Assembly: GCF_006345805.1 (NCBI RefSeq)
Contig: NC_043012.1
Coordinates: 40,300,001-40,364,000 of the forward strand
DNA: 64,000 bases
DNA from: Octopus sinensis
Lineage: Eukaryota
Reading direction: 5' to 3'
The position numbers and the translations under genes are program-made. Within the stretch, counting starts at the first letter, position 1, and the number at the start of each line of letters is the position of its first letter. The notes beneath the pieces were generated by a model. That model ran no database searches and had not been told where the DNA came from. It saw nothing but the letters and a program-made list of their open reading frames with translations. Positions 13,937 to 23,753 of the stretch are shown in pieces.

Positions 13937-15518
13937 CATTTTAGAGAAGTCAGCTGTTGTGTAATAAGGGTACTGTGATGGTATTACCAGGTGGTGTGTA
14001 TGAAATACCAGCTATGTGTGTTAGCAGACTGTGATGGTACCAAGCTGGTATTGAACCTGCGAAGGTGTAATGATGGTTGCTTCTGATAAGGTAAAAGTAC
14101 CTTTTGGAGTCATGCCGACTCATAAGGGTCAGTTTCCAGGTTTGATGGCATATATATTCCCCACCTGGATGGGACACCAGTCCTTCACAGGATGACTCAT
14201 CTGATAGGATCCTATGATGGAAGCACCTGAGGACTTTGCTCCCATGACCTTTCCAGGAACAGTGGGAAGAGAAGACAGACAGATGGATGGAATGAAATAC
14301 CTTGTAGTAGTTTTAGCTTATATCTTTTTTTCTGGTTCAAGTCTTCCCAAGGTCAACTTTTACTTTTCATCCTTCAGGGAGTCTAAGTACCTGTTATATA
14401 TTGGGGTTTATATAGTTTTGACTATGCTCTTCCTCTAAAATGTGTGACTGAGTTAAGGAAACCATTTACGTTGTTTCCAGAGCTGACTTTTATCCTCCTG
14501 GGGTCAATCGATCCAGTACCAATCATGTACCGGAGACCCAATTTAACCTGCAGTACCCCCCCACCCCACCCCGTTTTATTCTGATCTCTCATTATTTATT
14601 TTTTTCATCAGTCTAATATCCATGGATACTGATTACAATCTATAATTGCCATAATGACCGTCAGACAAAATGAAATGTTTAATTTGACTTAAAAGCCATT
14701 AACACTAATTAAAATATCTTGTAATTATTATTCCTCGCGGGCTACTTGTCTTTAACGAGTTCCATTCCTTTTTTTTACCGTAAATTATTAATCATGTACC
14801 AGATCAATAATTACCATGTGTTTCTACTGTAGTTACCACAGTGGTTCAAATAACATGGTTGAGTGGCTATGCTATTGGTCTGCTAATACAGAGTGCTTGA
14901 GTTCAAACCCATTACAAAGCATTTTGTGTTTTTTTTAAATTTTTTTTTTATTACTCATATAAAGCTTTGTCAATGGTAAATGATCCAAGTGGATTAAAGT
15001 GGATTAAAGATTAAAGTGTCAGACTAAATTATCCAGTCCAAAGACTCAAGGTTCCAAACCTGCTTACAAGCATTTATTTGGTGTATTTTCCAACTACACA
15101 CCGACTGCTACCCTACTTGCATGTGTAATTTCAGTGTGCTTTTCTTTTTGTTTTGTTTTTTTCCCACATGATAGAGAAGGCTAAGGCTGTGTGTGTGTAA
15201 CCCTTTTTTGTATGTCCTCTCAAACTGGAAAAGACGTTGCAGTCCCTGATAGGGAATTGAACTTGGGCTGCCTGGGAGTAAAAGCTGAAAAGTTTTACTC
15301 TTCCTGCTGCCTGTGCTTCCTTTTTCTGTTCTCGTGACCTGCTTACTTTCAGCTTTTTGAAGGCTTTTAGTTGAGAAATTCACAGATCTTGTTGTTAGGA
15401 ATTTTAGCACATGTGGATCTAAAGAGGGTTTATAGTGATCTGATAATGGTTAAAAATTCATTAAACAAATTTTTATTAATCTTATTCTACACGTCAATCA
15501 GTTGGCCTACCAAAACAT

Positions 15519-15561
<43 letters not shown>

Positions 15562-15814
15562 ATTCTACCCCTGTAGACAGTATTGTTACCATCACATTGC
15601 TAGTATCTTGTAGCCTCCCCAGCTTGTGCAGCCCCTCCCCTCAAACCATACAATTATTGCCTACTTCCCTCTCCCACTTCCCCTATCTCTCCTTCACACT
15701 CTTGCAAACCCCCTTGTCCTCTGCCCCTACCACTGCTCCTGCTACCTGGGGTACCACATGAACACTTCATCATCACTATCTCCTTCGAGGTATCCCTAAT
15801 TCATTCTCACTCTC

Positions 15815-16020
15815 CCTCTCCTAAGTGTGGATGGCCATGCAACTCCTCTACAAGAACCTGTTCGACTTTGACCTCTTCCTTCAAATCTGAATCCACATGT
15901 AACGAGTTTTGTTGACTGCGAGATGCATGGTCACCTAGGTAGTGCTGGTGCCCCCCCACTCCAGTCCACTCTATAAAGTGGTCGGCACTAGGAAGGACAT
16001 CCAGCCATAGGAACCATGTG
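15815..16020. mobile_element. RTE 3'-end remnant joined to an RTE-tail repeat fragment
   Basis: Minus frame resembles the GRGRPRxTW terminus of RTE ORF2; the adjacent ggcactaggaaggacatccagc belongs to the GAT-tailed family. Confidence 0.4.
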
Positions 16021-16305
16021 AAAGCAGTCACTGGAGTACAATGCAGTCTGTAACTCATTGGATCCTTGTGGTGGTGGTGGTGGCAGCTACTGCTGCTGCT
16101 GTTGTTGTTGTTGTTTCTTCACCTGGCTTGCTCACATTTCTGCCAGCTCACCACCTTAAAGTTGTACTTTCTGTATAATATTGGCCAAGAGTCGTCTATT
16201 ATGGCCTTGGTCCAATAAAAGCCTTGTGAGTGAATTTGGTGGATGGAAACTGGGAGAAGCCCATCGTGTCTGTGTCCATTTATGTATTTGTTTTGCAAGA
16301 TTCCT

Positions 16306-16908
16306 GATGAGAATGGACTAAACAGAACAGAAAGAGACACATGAGATGGAGGGTTGCTGAAGAGGTCACAGGATGTGGGAGGAAAGATTTCCAGACAAAG
16401 GACACAAAAATAAGAACAATAATAAAGCTGAGGTCAAGATCAAGTGGGGGGGGACGAAGAAAAAAAAAGAACAATGACAACACTGATGAAGCTGAAATGA
16501 AGGGCGAGTATGAATATATAATGCATGTTTATTGGGTGGGGGAGCATCCTGGGGTATAACAATATCTGTTTCAATACAATTTCACTGAGAATGAATTAAA
16601 CAGAACAGGAAGAGACACTTGGGATGGAGAGTCACTGAAGTGGTCACAGGATGTGTAATGAAAGATTTCCTGACAAAGGATGCTAAAATGAAAATAATAA
16701 TAACAATAACGCTGAAATGAAGAACGAGTATATTGTGTGTGTTTGTTTGGAGAAAAAAATAAAATGACTATCTTGACATATAACAATATCAGTTTAAACA
16801 CATGAATTCACGGAGGATGAACTAAACAGAATAGGCAGAGGCACTTAGGATGGAGAATCACTGAAGTGGTTACAGGATGTGTGATGAAAGATTTGCAAAC
16901 AAAGGATT
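16306..16908. repeat. Diverged tandem triplication (units start ~16306, ~16585, ~16811)
   Basis: Shared aaacagaa.agg.agag.cact..ggatggag..tcactgaagtggt.acaggatgtg..tgaaagattt. Confidence 0.85.
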
Positions 16909-17190
16909 TTTAAATTGAGGATATTTGAAATAAACTTGACTGCTCTCTCACAAACGAGAATACTAAAAGTGAACACAACCACTCTCAAAAAAAACAGGAA
17001 AAATAATCCAGAATCCTTGTCAAGTACTGGATTGATCCCAAAATCTAATCAGTTCGTGCCAGTCATGAGGCCAAACATCCCTGAAAGTTTCATCGGAATC
17101 CATCCAGCGGTTCTTGAGATATCTTGGCCATGGACAAACAAACAAATACAACTGAAAACAATACCTCCGCCTTAGCGAAGGCGGAGGTAA
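16907..17190. mobile_element. Helentron-associated (HINE/DINE-like) element; other copies ~7117-7400, ~44817-44990, ~45625-45815
   Basis: Four homologous copies with (CAAA)n near the end and a terminal hairpin TACCTCCGCCTT-agcg-AAGGCGGAGGTA. The family assignment is inferred. Confidence 0.6.
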
Positions 17191-18213
17191 GAAAGCAGAA
17201 GTGAAGGATGAGCAGATGGGGCATGTGTTGGTTTAGCAGAGAAAAATGACCATCCCGAAATAGAACAATACATGTGTGTGTGTGTGTGTGTCTCAGTGTT
17301 TGTTCCTCTCCACCACTGCTTGACAACTGGTGTTGGTTTGTTTACATCCCCGTAACTTAGCAGTTTGGCAAAAGACAGAAGATGGAATAAGTACGAGGCT
17401 TAAATAAGAAATAAGTACTGGAATCAATTCTAAAAATTCTTCAAGGCATTGCCCCAGCATGGCCCCAGTCTAGTGACTGAAGCAAGTAAAAGACTACGTT
17501 TTTATAACTGATTTATATCATCTTTGGTTCAGGTTTCTGAGCTAAACACACACACACACTCACTCACACACACACACACACACTCACTCACACACACACA
17601 CACACAGACAGACAGATATGCATTCCAGCTGCTAAAAGCACTCATTCAACACAGTCACTCACACACATTCACTCACACTCATACAATCACTCACTCTCAC
17701 ACATTCACTCACACACATACAATCACTCTCACTCACACACACACCAGCCTTTGGACAGAAACTTCAGTAAAAGATTTACTAAGTTTGTGTTGCTATGGCT
17801 TCGTGCCCCCCCCCACACACACACTAAAGAAAGAAGTTTGGCCAAATACCAAACCATATTCATACCATCTGTCTGCCTGTCTCTCTCTCCCTTCACTTGC
17901 CATATACCATCCATCCATTTATTTAGCCATCTACCCACCCATTTATATACTTACCATCCACCCGCTTCTACCTACCCATCCACCCGCCTCTCTACTTACC
18001 CATCCGCCCAGCTATCTACCAACCTACATACCTGTTGTACTTGACGGCAGTAGACGCACCCCAATTTCAATCAGCAGTTCTTATTCAGGACAGTTTTTGG
18101 TGCATTCAGCCATGTGCCATAGACCCCACTTCACATATAGGACACGGATATTTTCTTCTTACCTCTTTGAAACCGTTTCATTGCAAGTATTACATCAATA
18201 TTTTGTACTGTTG

Positions 18214-18507
18214 CCACTAGCATAGCTAGAATGTGAGCCGCCCGGGGTGGCCCTTCTGTTTGCCATTCCAGGACCCCACAAAAAACACAATGTCTACAGC
18301 AGAGTGCCGTCCGGGGTGGCCCTTCCGTTTGCCACCCCCGGATCCCACAAAAAACACATAATCTCTACAGCAGACCCAAAGGTACCTCCCAGGGCAGCCC
18401 TTCCATTTGCCACCTCTAGACCCCACAAAAAACACATTGCCTACAACGGACCCAAAAGTGCCACCTGGGGCGGACCGCCTTTACTGCCCCTCCCTAGCAC
18501 GTTAATG
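18214..18507. mobile_element. GC-rich MITE-like element with an internal ~70-78 bp tandem repeat (about 3.3 copies)
   Basis: Unit gcc..ccggggtggcccttc.gtttgcca...gga.cccacaaaaaacac; ends CCACTAGCATAGCTAG and CCTAGCACGTTAATG. Confidence 0.55.
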
Positions 18508-19037
18508 ACTGTTTCATCGTCTTTGAGGGTAAAAAATTGGTCAGCATAATTGTTGTTGTTGTTGTTAGAGTTGAGAGAGAGTTTGAAACGTAGTCAGGGG
18601 ACGGGGATTTTATTTACCCCCCCCCCAACACCCACACCCACACCCCCAACAAATTTCTCCTCGACTTTGATCTGATTTTAATTGAAGTTGCTAATAAAAT
18701 ATCTGGATAATTTTTGGTGTTTAACAATCAAACCCAAATTCTTTCCTCTCTTGGATTCCAAGTCAATCCCCCCACCCACACACACACACACACCACCACC
18801 ACCAAACACTAATGTCTAATTTGACCATTTTCAACCTTCAAAAACATTGTCTGCGATGGGGCAAAATGAGTAACGACTAATTTTGGTAATTCCTTCTCTT
18901 GACCTGCATGGTACATAAATATACCACGAAGAGAGCCATTCCAGCAGGTCAAGAAGAAGCTATAGAGAAGATTTTCTTTTCAGTTTTCACTAATTTCATA
19001 TCATGTACCATTTCACTATGATCCTCTTTCATTTGAC

Positions 19038-19196
19038 TAGTGGTTCCCGACCTGTGGTCTGCAAATCCCTGGTGGTGGTGGTGGGGGGGGGGCGTGAAGA
19101 TACTAAGCTGGCAGACCTTTCAGTATCCTGGGGTCCATGCAAAATCTCATTTAAATAAAAGGGAGTCCTTGGTAGTGAAAATGTTAGGGACCACTG
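19038..19196. mobile_element. hAT (Charlie-like) MITE with 8-bp TSD; related fragments at ~20216, ~22361, ~26880-27034, ~50880-51007
   Basis: TSD CATTTGAC at 19030-19037 and 19197-19204; TIRs TAGTGGTTCCCGAC and GTTAGGGACCACTG. Confidence 0.85.
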
Positions 19197-19378
19197 CATT
19201 TGACCTAGATATCTTTAATTTCTTTTTGTTGTTGTTGCATTTCTCATCTTTCTAATGAATAAAGATGGATATCGATGTGTATCAATCTTTTTTGTCAAAT
19301 ATAATTCTGGAGAACTGAAGAGGCAAATTTACATTTTGCTCTCAAAAGAAACAAATTTTCTGAAACAGTGTTCTGAAT

Positions 19379-19738
19379 ATATTATTTACATTATTTACAT
19401 TCGACGGATATTTGTCCTCATCTTGTTTGTTGTTAACACAACGTTTCGGCTGATATACCCTCCAGCCTTCATCAGGTGTCTTGGGGAAATTTCGAACCTG
19501 AGTTCTCATTCCTAAGGTATTTTTCTGTTATTATTATTATTATTAGACCACTGCCTGGAATCGAACTCGGAGTCTTGGGATTAGTAGTCCGCACTCTTAA
19601 ACACTACATCATATTCCTGTGGGCAATTATGGAGTGAATTTTAGGGCTTATAAATCTAATTTTTTGTTTTTTCCTATCCTTCCTTAACAAACAAGATGAG
19701 GACAAATATCCATCAACTGTAAATAATGCAAATAATGT
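19379..19738 (-). mobile_element. Non-autonomous element: tRNA-like head + (AAT)n + hammerhead, flanked by a 53-bp inverted repeat
   Basis: Arms 19379-19431 and 19686-19738 match at 48/53. The head at 19617-19546 has A-box-like TGATGTAGTGT and B-box AGTTCGATTCC. Confidence 0.7.
19435..19480 (-). ncRNA. Minimal type I hammerhead ribozyme motif (Penelope/retrozyme-like)
   Basis: The minus strand reads GACAC-CTGATGA-A-GGCTG-gagggtatat-CAGCC-GAAACGTT-GTGTT. This gives stem I, the core, a 5-bp stem II and a palindromic loopless stem III. Confidence 0.75.
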
Positions 19739-22700
19739 GCATAATTCCTCATCTCTCAAATGTAGAACTGTTCCAAATCTCTTATATAAAATCTGTTTTG
19801 TCTGTCTGTGTGTCTTCTAGGATTTCGGGCATCGTCCATCTGATTGTGCTCAAATTTGATATGTAGATACCAACAGTATCAGGGCGTGTATAAGTCTTGA
19901 AAAAATTACAAAAATCGATTCCAGGTGAGAATGCGATTGATAAAGCCATTTTTGTCCTGCTTTTCTTCCGTCAACCTGTACCTAACAGCACCTTCCATTT
20001 TTTGTTGGTTTTGTACTGCTTAAAGGCATGTTTCTTTCCTGCCAAGCTTACGGTTTAAACCATGTTTGTGTTCTCCCAGTCAACAGCCTTATCATTACTG
20101 GTACTTTAAACTCTTCGGTTGCATATCTGTGTGAATAAAATCGTTTTTCTTTGGAATAGAAAAAAAGTCTATCTTTATTTCTTCTTTTGCCGGTGTCTCA
20201 AATTTAGGTTATATCAGTGTTTCTCAAAGAGGAGGCCTATGGGACGGTCGGACAAGTTGTTTTGAGAAAATTTGGTTTAAATGTTTGACAACGCAGCACC
20301 GTCCATTGGACGGAGGGGGTGGGGTGGGGGCGTTTTGCTCATATGTTATAATATTTTTAATGCATTTAAAAAGGTCATTTGCTGATAAATAGTTATTGTA
20401 AGGGAGTGACATTTGTAAAAAAATATATTTTCTTTAGTCAAAATTGCAGTTAATATTACTCATTGTGTTCCTCACCCCCACTCCGCCCCACACACACACA
20501 CCAGTATTTATGGCTTCAGATGGCTGTCATTGTGGGGGAGGGGGCGAGTCAGTGCCTCCCCTTCTTTGTCATGTTAATGGCAACGATGTTAGTTCACATC
20601 TCCCCTTCACTCTTTCCCTTCCTCCCTGCCATTGGCTTCGTGGTAATGATGGCAGTGATGATGATGATGTTCAGTTCTCTGCTCACCCCTCTTGCTCTTC
20701 ATACCATTCACTTGATGGTATTTTTCTCACAAAAGAAGTCACATTACTTTCATAAATCGTTGGTGTGTAACAATAGACCCAGTTCTCATGATAGTTTCTC
20801 TGTTAACCTTTGTCCACCGGTTGTTATATAAATATAAGGTTTTTTTTATGTAAATTGTGAACTAATATTATATATTATGCAAATTATATAAATCTAAGAT
20901 ATTTCTGTAAAAATTGTTAAAATTTAACCCTTTAGCATTCAGATGTGATGCCTATTTAGTTCCATTGTCTGGAATTAATCATGCATTGTCTCACAGCTTT
21001 GAGACTTCCAGGATGTGATTATTTCTCATTAGATAAGCAATTTGTCATTTACCGTTAAGATAAACAGTTTATCTCAAACATAACCTACAGCTCAGGTAGA
21101 GTATGTTTGAGAGGTAGGACCTGGTCAGTTTGAATATAAAACAGGTAGAATTCTTGGGATGCATGCAGCCAGTTTTACTGTTAGAGAGTTAATCAAACTT
21201 CCTGAAATTCGCCAACCCCTCACCTGATACCCACCTCCATATGCATGCACACGTGTATATCAGGATTCACACACTGTTCACTTTCCTGACTTTTCTACAT
21301 AATTCTATTTACTATACATGAATCTTTGAGGAGTTGTAGTGCACCTGAGCATTGTACACAATAATTTCATTGTTATTATTATTATTATTATTGAGTGAGA
21401 GAGAGCAGTGCATGCCATCAAAGTGACCCTGGGGTACAAATATATGAAGCCTAATATGTCCATCATTTGTTTGAATAAAGGCGGTGCTCCAGCATGGCTA
21501 CAGTCTGAATGACTGAAACAAAAGAATATGTACGTACCAAGAGTGTGTCTAAGTCTACCTGGGACCACACAGGCATTTACATTAAAACAATTGCTGAAAC
21601 CCTGGTACATGTCAGCAGGTCATACAAACCTGTCACTGACAGCTCAGGTATTTTTGGTTTTCCTATGCAACAAACATTCACACACACCACACACACACAC
21701 ACACACAACACACACACACACACACACACCACACACACACTTCATATCCTATTTTGGTGACTACAACAATAGGAAAGTGATATCTCCTGCTCACTGTACA
21801 TGTATAGGAATCCATTTTGTCATTTCGTCCCAATTTTCCTTTGGAGCCATTTCTGTCACCTATTTTCTCCTTTTAATCTAACAACAAATGGCAAATTCAA
21901 ACGGAGTGTAGCCATGCTTGTTATTTCGTTCCAGACCTTCTTTGATCTGATAAACCTATTATATTACAAGGTTCTCCAACCATGACAGTCACATCTCCCC
22001 ACTTTTGTTTTTTAGTTTTTGCAATTTTTTTTTTTCACATTTCTCTAACTCTATATTATCCAATACTCTCTCATAAGCTTACTGGCTTCAATCATTGTAC
22101 TGTGGCCATGCTGGGGCACCACCTTCAGTCATACTGACCCAGTATTTACTTCTGTCTGTTGCTTATTTTATTGATTTCTATTTGTCAAACTGCTAACTTG
22201 CAGGGCATAAAAATACACATGTATGTTTGCCTTATAAGGACACTAAGTATGATTTGAGGGAAATTTGACTGCTATTTCCTGCAGACGAAGCAACTGTATA
22301 GAAACCACCTCATTGGCTCATAACTGCAATATTTGTGGTGGTGCAGGGCATAGTCTAAATCAGTGCTTCTCAGCTGGGGTCCAATATGACCCTTGGGGAT
22401 CCATATAAGATTCTTAAAATTGATCTGCAACAAATTGGATGTACTTCTACAGTACACAAAACATTTCAACATTTTTAAAATATAATTCCTAATAATATTT
22501 AATTATAAAATAATTTATTTAAACATTGAATGGCTATGGGGGTCCACTGGAGTCTATTCCCTCAGAATCTTACAATTTGATCAAGCCTCTTCATGGCTGC
22601 TTCATCATGAAGTCTGAGTACAGACTTTACCATTTCTTTCCATGTCTTCTTTGGTCTTCTGCTGCGACAATCTCTTTCCAATTTGGCTCAGAAGAACAGA

Positions 22701-23715
22701 AGTAGTATTGATAATTGTTGCAGATCTCTCCAAGACAGAAGATATTAGAGGAATGGAATCAGCACTTTCAATCTTTGCAGTTGATGTTCAGCTTCCTCAT
22801 CCATAAGTTGAAGTGTGGGAGATGATGGAGGCAGGGGACGCATAGGCTGATAGTTCTGAGGAAGAATGATTGGGGAAAATGTTTAAATTGAAGGGAGACA
22901 CACTGGGAATAACAAAAGGAAGAAGAAGCTAGACATGGCACCCAGCTGGGTAGTTCTTTGCCTTCTTTTGTGTCCATATTGGATTATCTGCAATAGAAAA
23001 TGTGTTCTTGTCTTTGACCAAATTACTTTCACCATTGGTCTCTCTGACATCTCGTTAGATCTTCCATTGACTTGTGAAATGTTAATTCATAAGAGCAGAG
23101 GAGGATGTAGTAGTGGTAGAGAGATGAGACAATGTTGATGAATGAAGCTTACCAACAGAACTTCTCCAGTCATACGACTAATTAATTAATAATTTAATGG
23201 TAGTTTCTCAAGTCCAAGAAAGAAGGTTCTGCTCTTTCTTACCGAACAATCTGCTCAGATGATTGGTTTATAGAGATCAAGTGTTTGTGCTGTGCATTTA
23301 ACCCACTTCCTCCATCAGAGGGACATTACCTATACAGGTGCATGGTGTGCCCCATGTCAGGTGTCGAAACGATTGCAGAGCAACGTGAAATGAAGGGTTT
23401 TGCTCAAGAACACATTGTACCGCCTGGTCTGGGAATCAAACCCACAATCTCGCGATCGTGAGAGCAACACTCCAACCACTAAGCCATATGCCCTCTATGT
23501 GACCAATATGTAGTAGTTGTAGAAGTAGTAGTAGTAGTAGTAGTTGTAGTAGTAGTAAGTGTCCAAAATAGTTGGCCAACACTCTGTGTATGCCTGTGTA
23601 AATGTGATGTAGCAGTGCTGCCCAAAATAAGTGGACAATGCTTTGTGTGTGTGAGACTAAAGACTGGTTGATTCAGTTTAAAATTCATGTTTCCCCGTTT
23701 CATTTTCTTTTCCAG

Positions 23716-23753
23716 GGAGATTTAGCCAGAAAGAAGATATATCCGACACTATG
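23716..23753 (+). CDS. G6PD: G6PD exon (38 nt) [12 protein letters not shown](W)
   Basis: ttttcttttccag acceptor and gtaaat donor; NADP-binding GDLA motif. Confidence 0.95.

Noticed and set aside
15243-15292. tRNA-Glu-like 3' half on the minus strand
   Set aside because: The 5' half and D-arm are missing and the T-arm is degenerate; at most a pseudogene or SINE scrap. No intact tRNA gene was seen; the other A/B-box hits are SINE heads.
17524-18225. Longest ORF in the track (233 aa) and the many His/Thr, Cys/Val, poly-Ile and poly-Met/Val ORFs
   Set aside because: They are translations of CA/TG, ATT and GAT microsatellites with no domain content.
18237-18470. Repeat-spacer-like array suggesting CRISPR
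   Set aside because: Eukaryotic context, whole units are homologous with no unique spacers, and there are no cas genes.
19775-20215. Helitron-like 5' end (A|TCTCTTATATAAAA...TGTCTGTCTG)
   Set aside because: No 3' hairpin plus CTRR terminus was found and there is only one copy in the window.
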